Assembly (NCBI GenBank): GCA_031970715.1
Contig: DALYHV010000001.1
Coordinates: 9,251-73,250, forward strand
Origin: Gallionella sp.
GTDB lineage: Bacteria > Pseudomonadota > Gammaproteobacteria > Burkholderiales > Gallionellaceae
Length of the DNA: 64,000 nucleotides
Direction: 5' to 3'
Positions within the stretch are counted from its first letter, which is position 1, and each line of letters starts with the position of its first letter. The notes beneath the pieces were generated by a model. That model was given only the letters and a program-made list of their open reading frames with translations. It made no database searches and was not told the origin of the DNA. Below are positions 22,498-31,927 of the stretch, piece by piece. Both the position numbers and the translations under genes were made by a program.

Positions 22498-22614
22498 TGG
22501 ACACCCCAAATTTTGAACCGGCGGTAATGTACTGCAATGTGCCGCATAAACCAAACCGCAGCGTCATCACATGGCAAATACTTGTCCGCATAAAGGTTGA
22601 TTGTCACCAGGTTG

Positions 22615-22666
22615 CATACCAGACCTGCCATATAATTCCACCGCGCAGCCAATTCAATCTGGTATG
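22615..22666 (+). promoter_or_regulatory. 9-bp perfect inverted repeat bracketing a TATAAT hexamer just upstream of the orphan gene
   Basis: CATACCAGA (22615-22623) and TCTGGTATG (22658-22666) are exact reverse complements. TATAAT lies at 22631-22636 between them, and the ATG of the large gene is at 22674. Function not established. Confidence 0.3.
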
Positions 22667-22673
22667 ACTACAA

Positions 22674-25600
22674 ATGGCCAAGAAGAAGAAATTAAGCAAT
22701 CCCTTTTCCACCGGCGGTGGCGGTGTTCATTTTGAAGCACATGTCCAAGCCAGTTTTGTTGCGTTAATGCTCACTGGTGGTCATGCTCCCTGCCTTCCCT
22801 GCTGGCCCATTCGGAAAGTCAAACTTCAGGGCAAGATTGACGGCTTCGATACAGATGACCTTGTTGTTTTCGTAGAAGATACGAACAGCAAGGAGCAACG
22901 GAAACTCCTCGGACAGATCAAACATTCTGTTGCTATCACTCAGGGCAGCACCTTGTTTGGCGAAGTGATACAAGCCGCTTGGAATGACTTAACAATCCCA
23001 AGGTATTCACGAGAGGTAAAGATGTTATTGCCCTGATTACAGGATCACTCGGCACGACCGATGCACACAACGTCCAATGGATACTGAGCCAAGCAAGACA
23101 TACCAAGAGCGTTGATGAATTTTTCAGAAACGTCCAGCAGGCAAATTTTAGTCCCGCCAAAAGTGCTGAAAAACTGGCGGTCATTCAGTACCACCTGAAA
23201 ACTGTAAACGGCGGTAACGATGTTTCAAGGGACGACCTTTATGAGTTCCTGAACCACTTCCATCTACTCGGCTATGATCTTGGCAACGAGTTCGGTGTTG
23301 TCCTGTCTCTGCTGCACTCCCACATTTCCCAGTTCCAGCAACAGTCTCCACAATGGGTTTGGTCTCGAATTGTCGATATTGTACAAACCTGGAATCAGGA
23401 CGCTGGCACGGTCACTCCTGACAAGTTGCCAGATGATCTTCTGGAAGCATTTAAACAAAAAACTGTGGCAAAAATGCCCGAAGAATTCAAGGTAGCACAG
23501 GAACAACCTAAAACCGATTGGACTCATCACCCGGATGCCACCCATCTGGCCTTGGCGATTCTGATTGGCGCTTGGCAAGACAATAGTCAAAGTGACCGTG
23601 AAGCGATAACCCAGTTTCTCGGCATCCGTTATGACGAATGGCTAACGAAGGCGCGGGAATTATTACACTGCCCTGATAGCCCGTTGTCCATCAATAATGG
23701 CACCTGGAAAGTTGTTAATCGCGCCGAGCTTTTCTCCCTGCTGGGATCGCGCATTCTGGATCAGAACCTTGATACGTTTAGATTGCTGGCTGTTTCCGTG
23801 CTAAAAGAGCCAGACCCCGCCTTTGAACTGCCCGCCGAAGAACGTTACGCAGCAAACATTCATGGCAAGGTGCTGAAATGTTCTCACGTGTTGCGAAATG
23901 GCATTGCCGAAGGTTTGGCTATCTTGGGTAGCCAGCCGGAATCAGGCACGAACTGTTCGCAGCGAAAAGCTGAAGCAACCTGCATATTGGTGATACGTGC
24001 ACTTTTGATGGATGCCGATTGGGTTTTGTGGGGCAGCCTGAGTAATTTACTGCCTACCTTGGCTGAAGCCGCGCCCGGTGAATTTCTTAATGCAGTCGAA
24101 AATGCGCTGCGCCTGACGCCCTGCCCCTTTGATACGCTTTTTTCTCAGGAAGGTAGTGGCATCACCGGCAACAATTATTTGACTGGCCTGCTTTGGGCGT
24201 TGGAAGGATTAGCTTGGGATGAGCAATATCTGGTTCATGCCTGCGTCATACTTGCCGAGCTTGCCAGCCATGACCCCGGTGGCAGATGGACTAATCGCCC
24301 ATCCAATTCGTTGAAAACCATTTTGCTACCTTGGCTGCCACAAACGCTGGCTCCTGTTGAAAAGCGCAAGGTGGCAGTGAGAACCATTCTTAATGAATGG
24401 CCAGATATCGCCTGGAATTTGATTATTCAGCTTCTCCCTAATCAGTTCCAAACCTCCACCGGGTCGTACAAATCCCGTTGGCGCAAAACCATCCCCAAAG
24501 ATTGGGAAAACGTTACACATCAGGAATACTGGCAGCAAATTTCTTTTTATGCAGAACTGGCCGTGGCTACCGCAGGCCAAGATGCCGTTCAACTTTCAAC
24601 ATTGATCGACCATTTTGATAGCCTGCCTGAACCTGCTGTTGAACAGCTTCTCCAAGTTCTCTCCTCCCAGTCCATTGCAGCACTGCCTGAAGAGCAACGA
24701 CGCTTGATTTGGAACCATCTCACGAAATTCACCAACAAATATCGGCGCTTCTCTGATGCAAAAGGGGTGTTGCCCGACGAGCTGATTACCCGCATTGAAC
24801 AAGTTGCCAAGAAACTCGCGCCTCTCAACCCGTTCCATTTATATCAACACCTTTTTACCGATCATGATGCGGATCTTTACGAAAAGGGGGAAAACTGGGA
24901 GGAGCGGCGAAACAAACTCGAAACAAAACGTGAAACGGCCATTACAACAATCTTTCAGCAACAAGGGGCGGAGAGAGTCATCCAGTTTGCCGAATCTGTC
25001 TCTTTACCTGGCCAGGCAGGCTACACACTTGGCGCTCTCCACGATTCAATCATTGAAAAAAATCTGCTGCCTCGCTTTCTGGATGCTGCGGAGAATAACC
25101 GGATGGCGTTGGTGAGCGGCTTTATCCGGCGACGTCACCACCTCAAAGGCTGGGAGTGGTGCGACGCCATCGATAAATCCGACTGGACACCGGAACAGAC
25201 CGCGCAATTCTTGGCTTATTTGCCGTTTACCAAGGAAGCCTGGGTACGTGCGCCTGAATGGTTACAAATACACGAAAAAGAATACTGGATCCGTACCCAC
25301 GCAAATGTTTGGACAGCAGAGGGTGACTATTCATTTGCGATTGAAAAACTCCTTGCCCATGGCAGGCCGCATGCTGCCATCAATTGCTTGTACAGAATGT
25401 GCTATGACAAGCAGCCAATCGATACGAATCAATGTGTTCGTGCATTGCTCACAGCACCTTCCTCCAGCGAACCCGGCTACGCCATGGACGGGTACCACAT
25501 TGTTGAACTGATCAAGTTCCTTCAGGCCGAGCCTTCGGTTAACCAGGACGACCTCTTTAGAGTCGAGTGGGCTTATGTCCCCTTGCTCGATCGTCATAGA

Positions 25601-26212
25601 GACGCTGCGCCCAAACTTCTTGAAAGCAGACTGGCCAATGACCCCGCATTCTTTTGCGAGGTAATTCGACTGATCTACCGATCCAAGAAAGAAAATCAGC
25701 CATCAAGAGAGCACACCGAGGAATCAAAGGCCATCGCAACAAATGCTTGGCGGCTGTTGCATGAATGGAAGACACCGCCTGGAACCCAAAAAGATGGGAC
25801 ATTCAGCGCAGCGCATTTCACCGCATGGTTGCAAAAGGTCAAAGAGGTCTGTGTGGAATCCGGCCACTTGGAAGTTGCACTCGGCAGTATCGGGGAAGTA
25901 TTGACACATGCCCCACCCGATCCTGGCGGATTATGGATACATCACGCTGTCGCTGCTGCATTGAACGATCGTGAGACTGATGACATGCGTAACGGGTTTA
26001 GAACCGGGATATACAACTCTCGCGGCACTTATTGGGTTGATCCAAGCGGCAAACCCGAAATGGCGTTGGCTGAACAGTTTCGACATAAAGCCGAAGAAAT
26101 TGAGAACGCTGGCTTTCAGCGCTTTGCCGTCACCTTGAAAAGTTTGGCGAGTAGCTTTGAACGAGAGGCGGAACAAGTAATCAGGGAACACCAAAATCGG
26201 GACGATGATTAG
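22674..26212 (+). pseudogene. large orphan gene (about 1,179 codons) interrupted by one frameshift; nuclease-like N-terminus plus long helical body
   Basis: The frame-3 ORF 22674..23036 and the frame-2 ORF ending at 26212 form one reading unit. Frame 2 is open from 22988, well upstream of the track's first Met at 23426, and reads LNNPKVFTRGKDVIALITGSLGTTDAHNVQWILSQARHTK... The two frames overlap only over 22988-23036. GC is visibly lower than the flanks. Confidence 0.65.
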
Positions 26213-26262
26213 CAAATGAAAATTCGACCGCCATTCACTACCGGCACGGTACTTGGCACCTG

Positions 26263-26313
26263 CTAACCATTCGCACCGAACATCATGCGCTTGGCGACGA
26301 AGCGTTTGGCCAG
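26263..26313 (-). other. orphan fragment: last 16 codons plus stop of a UbiH-family gene
   Basis: The reverse strand reads LAKRFVAKRMMFGANG*, identical to the C-terminus of the gene at 53437..54744. 44/51 nt are identical to 54694-54744 and all 7 differences are synonymous. There is no similarity upstream of the Leu codon. Confidence 0.8.
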
Positions 26314-26408
26314 CAGCGCGAAGTTTAATCTGAGGTGAAATTCAGGGTGCGCATGGCTGCCGGATTCGGGTTTGTCGCAGAAAGGGGTAAGTGAGTGTCG
26401 TTCTGTGG

Positions 26409-27341
26409 TTAAACCACGCCCGCCTTTTCCGCCTGTTCGTCGGCAAAGTAGCTGGAGCGCACCATGGGGGCGCAGGCGGCGTGGTCGAAGCCCATGTCTT
26501 TGGCCGCTTGTTCCAGCATGGCGAAGGTTTCCAGTGGGGCGTAGCGCAGCACCGGCATGTGGCCGTCGGAGGGTTGCAGGTATTGGCCGATGGTCAGCAT
26601 GTTGACGCCGTGGGCGCGCAAATCACGCATGACTTCCAACACTTCTTCATCGGTTTCGCCTAGGCCCAGCATCAGGCCGGATTTGGTGGGAACGTTGGGA
26701 AAGCGGGTTTTGAAGTCTTGCAACAGTTTCAGCGAATGGACGTAATCGGCACCGGGGCGGGCCAGTTTGTACAGACGCGGCACGGTTTCCAGATTGTGGT
26801 TCAGCACGTCGGGCAAGCCGGTGGCCAAGGCGTCCAAGGCTTCGTTCAAGCGGCCACGAAAATCCGGCACCAGAATTTCCAGCCGGGTGTCGGGCGAACT
26901 GGCGCGAATCGCGGACAAACAATCCACGAAATGTTGCGCGCCGCCGTCACGCAGGTCGTCCCGATCCACGCTGGTAATCACCACGTATTTCAAATTCAGC
27001 AAGCCAATGGAGCGCGCCAGATTGGCCGGTTCGTCTGGGTCGGGCGGCTGTGGTTTGCCGTGCGCCACGTCGCAAAACGGACAGCGCCGGGTGCAAATGT
27101 CGCCCAGGATCATGAAGCTGGCGGTGCCTTTGCTGAAACATTCGCCGATGTTAGGGCAGGAGGCTTCTTCGCACACGGTGTGCAACTGGTGCTCGCGCAG
27201 CAGGCGTTTCACGTCGTGGTAGCCGGTGCCGCTACCGGCTTTGACGCGAATCCATTGTGGCTTGCGCAGGCGCTCGGCCAGCGGGACGATTTTGATCGGG
27301 TTGCGCGCGGTTTTGGCCGCGCCAGTTTGTTTTTCGGACAT
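26409..27341 (-). CDS. lipA: lipoyl synthase
   Basis: Start moved to the ATG at 27341 ([10 protein letters not shown]...). Cysteine motifs [12 protein letters not shown] and [10 protein letters not shown]. 310 aa. Confidence 0.93.
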   Translation of the reverse strand: MSEKQTGAAKTARNPIKIVPLAERLRKPQWIRVKAGSGTGYHDVKRLLREHQLHTVCEEASCPNIGECFSKGTASFMILGDICTRRCPFCDVAHGKPQPPDPDEPANLARSIGLLNLKYVVITSVDRDDLRDGGAQHFVDCLSAIRASSPDTRLEILVPDFRGRLNEALDALATGLPDVLNHNLETVPRLYKLARPGADYVHSLKLLQDFKTRFPNVPTKSGLMLGLGETDEEVLEVMRDLRAHGVNMLTIGQYLQPSDGHMPVLRYAPLETFAMLEQAAKDMGFDHAACAPMVRSSYFADEQAEKAGVV

Positions 27342-27360
27342 GGCGATGACGGTGCGGAAT

Positions 27361-28326
27361 TTAGGGGAAAGGCCGATGGTGGGCATACCATTCGGCGGTG
27401 AGTTCCAGTCCTTGCTGGCTGGTGTACGGCGGTTGCCAGCCCAGTTGCTGGCGAATCTTGCGGTCGTCGATACGTAGTGAGCCAAAAAGTCGCTCGGCGG
27501 TTTCCTGTTTGCCCAGCCAGTTGGCGACTCTTTTCATCAGCAGCGGTGAGATGCTCAGGCTGTGGTTGCGGCGGTGCATCACGGTGGATAGGGCGTTGAA
27601 CAATTGTGCTGTCGAAGGCGCGGTGCCGTCGCTGACCAGATACGTTTGTCCGGCGGCGGCAGGATGGGTGGCGCAGGTAATCAGCGCATCGACAAAGTTG
27701 CCCAGGTACAGCAGGCTGCGGGCATTGTCGGTGACGGCGCGTAGCGGCATGGGCCATTCCTGTTCGGCTGCATTCAACAGGCGCAGAAAATTGCCTTTCA
27801 CACCAGGGCCGTACATCAATGGGGGGCGCACGATCACCACTTCCAGGCCGGTTTCAGCGGACACGCGTTGCAACATTTGCTCGGCTTCCCATTTTGAGAC
27901 GCCGTAAGGGTCTTCGGGTGCCGGGGTATCTTGCTCGGTGTAGGCTTGGCCCGGTGCCGTGCCTTCGCCATTGACCTTGATGGAGCTGACAAACACCAGG
28001 CGCTGCACGCCAGCCTGAGCGGCTTGGCGGGCCAGATTTTCCGTGGCAGCGACATTGATGTGGCGAAATTCTGCCAGCGGGTTTAAGGCTTGGTCGCGCA
28101 TGATGTGTACCCGTGCGGCGCTATGTATTACCACGCCCACGTCTTTCAGGGCGGTACGCCAGTCGGTGTCCGGCCCCAGGTCGCCGATGGGCGCAATTTC
28201 TACCCGTGGCATGTGCCATTTACGATTGCGCACCGCCGCCCGCACGGTTTGACCGCGTTGCAGCAATTCACGACATAAATCAGTGCCAACAAAACCATTA
28301 GCACCCGTAATCAGAAAACGAGGCAT
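27361..28326 (-). CDS. NAD-dependent epimerase/dehydratase (SDR) family protein
   Basis: 321 aa. N-terminal ITGANGFVG Rossmann motif. Last sugar-related gene of the polysaccharide operon. Confidence 0.8.
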   Translation of the reverse strand: MPRFLITGANGFVGTDLCRELLQRGQTVRAAVRNRKWHMPRVEIAPIGDLGPDTDWRTALKDVGVVIHSAARVHIMRDQALNPLAEFRHINVAATENLARQAAQAGVQRLVFVSSIKVNGEGTAPGQAYTEQDTPAPEDPYGVSKWEAEQMLQRVSAETGLEVVIVRPPLMYGPGVKGNFLRLLNAAEQEWPMPLRAVTDNARSLLYLGNFVDALITCATHPAAAGQTYLVSDGTAPSTAQLFNALSTVMHRRNHSLSISPLLMKRVANWLGKQETAERLFGSLRIDDRKIRQQLGWQPPYTSQQGLELTAEWYAHHRPFP

Positions 28327-28334
28327 GACATCTC

Positions 28335-29075
28335 CTAGGGTAAGCGGCGAAATACATCCGAGGTGAAAAAGCGCAACATGCTGCCCAGGTGCATGCGCAG
28401 GTAACGCAGGTTGCGGTGGCTGCTGCGTTGGGCGGCATGAACGACCTTGACCTCATTGCAGCGGGCAATGCGCTCGCCCGCCAGCTTGAGGCGAGCGCAC
28501 AGATCCACGTCTTCGTAGTACAAAAAATAACGTTCGTCAAAACCATGCAGGCGGCGGAACAGCGTGCTGGGCAGGAGCAGGAACATGCCCGCCAACCAGT
28601 CGGGATAGGTTAACGGCCCCTTACCGGGGGGAATGGTGGCAGATTGACCACCAAATACCTTGGCAATGATTTCGCCCGGTCTGGGGAAACGCCGCGCGCT
28701 GTCTTCGCACGCGCCTTCCGGGCTGAGCACCATGGGGGCGATCAGGCCGAGGTTATGGTTGTCGAGGTAATGCAGCAGGGTGGGAAATGGGTTGTCATGC
28801 AGACGAATATCGGGATTCAGGATGCAAAAATGCGCGCCCTTGGCATAGGCAAAAGCGGCATTATGGTTTGCCCCGAAACCTTTTGGACTGATGTTGCGCA
28901 ACACGCGCAACTGGAAACTGAATTGCGCCGGGTCGAAAGGCAGGCTTTCTTCCAGATTGAGGGTGAGCAACACTTCCATGTCCTGCTGCGGGCAATGTTG
29001 TTGCAAGTCATTCAGTAAGTCGTGCACCAGTGCGGCTTGGCGGTGGCTGACGATGGAAACAGATAAGTCGGGCAT
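28335..29075 (-). CDS. glycosyltransferase family 2
   Basis: 246 aa. GT-A-type layout (VSIVSHRQ..., FDERYFLYYEDVDLCARL block). Confidence 0.75.
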   Translation of the reverse strand: MPDLSVSIVSHRQAALVHDLLNDLQQHCPQQDMEVLLTLNLEESLPFDPAQFSFQLRVLRNISPKGFGANHNAAFAYAKGAHFCILNPDIRLHDNPFPTLLHYLDNHNLGLIAPMVLSPEGACEDSARRFPRPGEIIAKVFGGQSATIPPGKGPLTYPDWLAGMFLLLPSTLFRRLHGFDERYFLYYEDVDLCARLKLAGERIARCNEVKVVHAAQRSSHRNLRYLRMHLGSMLRFFTSDVFRRLP

Positions 29076-29078
29076 GAT

Positions 29079-30101
29079 TTAAAGCAGGGTAATGAACGCA
29101 AACACCGCCCAGCGCGCAGCGGGCAGATGTGGACTAATCAAGTGCTGGCGCAGCAGGCTGACCCGCCGCCAGCGGGGTTGTTCGGCAATGTGGGCAAATA
29201 GCGTGATTTGCGTGCGCACCTCCGCCGCCAGCGGCGGTGTATCGAGTCGTTGCAGCAAGGATTGTGCTTGTTGCACATTGCGCCGCATGATGTCTTGATA
29301 ACGCCGCCAGGCCGCCACATTCAGGGCCTGACGCATACGTTGCAAACGCGACGACGCCCCCACGGCATTGCGACCATGCTGGCGGTAATTGACCAGCGCT
29401 TGTGGCAAGTAACCGATTTTGCCACAACTGGCGGCCAGTAATGCCAGCCACCAATCGTGCATGCGCACGCCAACCGGCAACGGGGCGGCCAGTTTGAGCA
29501 AAGCCTGGTTAATGAGTGTGGCACAGCCGGTGATCTGGTTTTGGCACAGCAAAACGCCCAAATCGGCCTGCGTCGGGAATAACCCGGAGGAGGCCACAAA
29601 GGAGGGTGCCAGCGGCTGTAAATCGGCGTCTACCAGGGCCAGGTCGCTGTGTACCAGCAACGGCGTTGTGCGGCCATGTTCTGCTTCCAGACGTTGCATG
29701 GCGGCCAGTTGGCAGGCCAGTTTGTGGTTGGGCCAATCGTCGTCCTGGTCGGCAAAAAACAGATAGTCCACGGCGTGTTGTGCTGCGTAGTGCAGCAGGG
29801 CGGCAAAGTTGCCGACGGCGCCAGGTTCGCCGGGGAGGTCTGGCAGCAAGTGGATGCGCGGATCCTGTGCGGCCATGGCTTGCACGCGCGCCACGGTGTC
29901 ATCACGCGAGTGGTCATCGCGCACGTATAACTGCCAGTCTGACCAGGTTTGCTGACAAATGCTGCGAATTTGGTGTTCGATATATGCGGCACCGTTGTAG
30001 CTGGCCAGAACGATCCACACTTGGCTGCCGGCACGCGGCATCTCGTCGCGGATGGGCAGGACAACGGGCTGTGTGAGCGAAGACAGTGTGCGCATTACCA
30101 C
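29079..30101 (-). CDS. glycosyltransferase family 2
   Basis: 340 aa. IVLASYNGAAYIEHQIRSICQQTW...YVRDDHSRDDT and FFADQDDDW (DxD-like) blocks. Confidence 0.75.
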   Translation of the reverse strand: MVMRTLSSLTQPVVLPIRDEMPRAGSQVWIVLASYNGAAYIEHQIRSICQQTWSDWQLYVRDDHSRDDTVARVQAMAAQDPRIHLLPDLPGEPGAVGNFAALLHYAAQHAVDYLFFADQDDDWPNHKLACQLAAMQRLEAEHGRTTPLLVHSDLALVDADLQPLAPSFVASSGLFPTQADLGVLLCQNQITGCATLINQALLKLAAPLPVGVRMHDWWLALLAASCGKIGYLPQALVNYRQHGRNAVGASSRLQRMRQALNVAAWRRYQDIMRRNVQQAQSLLQRLDTPPLAAEVRTQITLFAHIAEQPRWRRVSLLRQHLISPHLPAARWAVFAFITLL

Positions 30102-30985
30102 TCCCGCCGACTGCGGCCCATCTGGTTACATAGCGCGTCCCAAATACCCCCCAGCATGGCGCGGAACTTGCGTCCACGCTGTGCTTCCAGTAGCACCATC
30201 AGCAAGGTGCGCAGCAATTTGCTCAGGTAATGCCAGGCCCAGTCTGGCCGTCGCAGCAGCCAGCGCTTGGCCAGGTACAGGTTGTTGCGGGCGATGTAAT
30301 AACGTCGCAACGGGCTGTGTTGAGTCACGGTTTTGCGCACGCCCAGTACGTTGCGCGCGGCAGATTGGCCCAGTTGATGATCCAGACAAGTGGTTTGGAC
30401 TTCGATGATCCGATAGCCTTGCGCCCGGCAGCGCAGGCAGAAATCGGTGTCCACACCGTCGATAAACAGCCGCTCGTCAAAGTCACCCACCTGGGCGGCA
30501 GCATCCAGCCGAATCAGACTGCCGGAGGTAATCACTTCGGCGACGGCGCGCCAGCGCAAGTCCGGCCCGGCAGGATCAAGCAGGGGTTGATGCACGATCG
30601 CGCCGGTGGTTTGGTTGCGGAACAAGGGGGACAGGCTGGCAATTGTGTTGGCATCCGGGATGTCGGGTAGCACCGCCAGCAGGTTGTCGATGAGTGCTAC
30701 CGGGGCATGGCTATCCTGATCGAAGGTCGCCAGCCAAGTGTGACCAGCGGCGCGGGCGTGCTGTACCGCCACATTCAGTGCGGCGGCGATGCCGAGATTT
30801 TCCGGTAGGCGAATCAGGTGAGCGCCCAGCGCGACACAACGGCTTAACAGGGCATCGGCGTCTGTGCCGGAGCCATTATCGACCAGCAACAGCTCATCCA
30901 CTTGCGGCCGTAGCGCTTGTACGTGCGCCGCCAGGGCGGCGTCGGGGTGATACGCAACGATGGCAGCGCAGACGCGGTTACTCAC
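30095..30985 (-). CDS. glycosyltransferase family 2 (rhamnosyltransferase-like), paralogue of 31928..32824
   Basis: 296 aa. IVAYHPD...LLLVDNGS...TFDQDS. By eye about 60-65% identical over the N-terminal 100 aa to the 31928..32824 product. Confidence 0.78.
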   Translation of the reverse strand: MSNRVCAAIVAYHPDAALAAHVQALRPQVDELLLVDNGSGTDADALLSRCVALGAHLIRLPENLGIAAALNVAVQHARAAGHTWLATFDQDSHAPVALIDNLLAVLPDIPDANTIASLSPLFRNQTTGAIVHQPLLDPAGPDLRWRAVAEVITSGSLIRLDAAAQVGDFDERLFIDGVDTDFCLRCRAQGYRIIEVQTTCLDHQLGQSAARNVLGVRKTVTQHSPLRRYYIARNNLYLAKRWLLRRPDWAWHYLSKLLRTLLMVLLEAQRGRKFRAMLGGIWDALCNQMGRSRREW

Positions 30986-31857
30986 AAGCGATCACTCACA
31001 AATGGACTTTGTTGGTGATAGGACGCATCCGCACGCAGGAATGGTGCATTGTCCGGCGTGCTGCCGAGCGGCAATTTGCGCGCGACCAGCAGGATGTGCA
31101 TGGGACGCAGCGCTTCCACGGCCAGCAATTGCAGTCCCAAATGGTTGAGCAATTCCACCCCGGCGGCGGTGTTGAACACGTGGTGGTGGAAACAGCGATT
31201 GTCGGCATTGTGGGCGGAACGCGCCTTGAATGCCTCGAAGTCACCGGCTTCCGGGTCGCGTTGCAAGTCGTGCAAGGCCAAAATTTCCGCCATGTGCGTC
31301 AAATCGTCTTCACCCATTTGCTGCTCAAAGTCGGCTTGGATATGCGCCAGTGTGGTGACGGGGCGGCGATGATCGAAGGTGCCGTCCTTGTGCGGCAACA
31401 GCATGACCAAGGTGCCATCGGGTTTCAGAATGCGCAGCCACTCATGCAGGGCGCGCAGCGGGTTGGCGGTGTGTTCCAAGACATGCGACGACAGCACGAA
31501 ATCGTATTGCGCGTCGGCGATTTGGTGCATGTCGGTGGCTTCCAGCACATATTGCCGCCCGGCAGGTTTATCGGGGTTAAAGCGGAAGGTCTGGCCGGTT
31601 TGGATGTGGCCTTCCCACACCGTGGCATTGCCATAGTTGCAGTTGTCCAGTTGCCCGACGATGGTGTAGGCCGGGAAAATGCCCTTGGGGGAAAAGACTT
31701 GGCTATAGCCGCCGATTTCCAGGCCGGACTTGCCTTGCAACAGGGCGGCGGTGGTTGAAAATGCCTGCGCACGGAGGGGGCGCAGCTTGCCATACGCCGC
31801 ATGCAGCAGGCTGGCGAAGCCACGGGTTTGGGCAATGTGGACAATTTTTTGCAACAT
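30982..31857 (-). CDS. class I SAM-dependent methyltransferase
   Basis: 291 aa. SGLEIGG motif-I-like block, FDFVLSSHVLEH and LKPDGTLVML blocks. Confidence 0.75.
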   Translation of the reverse strand: MLQKIVHIAQTRGFASLLHAAYGKLRPLRAQAFSTTAALLQGKSGLEIGGYSQVFSPKGIFPAYTIVGQLDNCNYGNATVWEGHIQTGQTFRFNPDKPAGRQYVLEATDMHQIADAQYDFVLSSHVLEHTANPLRALHEWLRILKPDGTLVMLLPHKDGTFDHRRPVTTLAHIQADFEQQMGEDDLTHMAEILALHDLQRDPEAGDFEAFKARSAHNADNRCFHHHVFNTAAGVELLNHLGLQLLAVEALRPMHILLVARKLPLGSTPDNAPFLRADASYHQQSPFVSDRL

Positions 31858-31927
31858 GGAATAACTCCTGAATTTCTGAGCAGTTGCTCATTATTACAGA
31901 CTAGGGGGTATTTTGAAGGGTTCAGTG

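Noticed and set aside
22985-23036. Programmed ribosomal frameshift joining the two parts of the large orphan gene
   Set aside because: The 49-nt frame-overlap window (cttaacaatcccaaggtattcacgagaggtaaagatgttattgccctga) has no X-XXY-YYZ slippery heptamer, no A/T homopolymer and no obvious downstream stem-loop. A mutation or a sequencing error is more parsimonious.
26409-27485. Long N-terminal extensions given by the ORF track, for example lipA 358 aa, hsdR 1077 aa, 35238..36380, 33851..35401, 53260..54744, 15716..17035 and 61584..62810
   Set aside because: The extra residues are Arg/Pro/Ala-rich and overlap the upstream gene or intergenic repeats. They precede internal ATGs that restore the canonical family N-termini, for example Rossmann GxGxxG motifs and MIFNEDSRVKIP for HsdR. 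Shorter starts were adopted.
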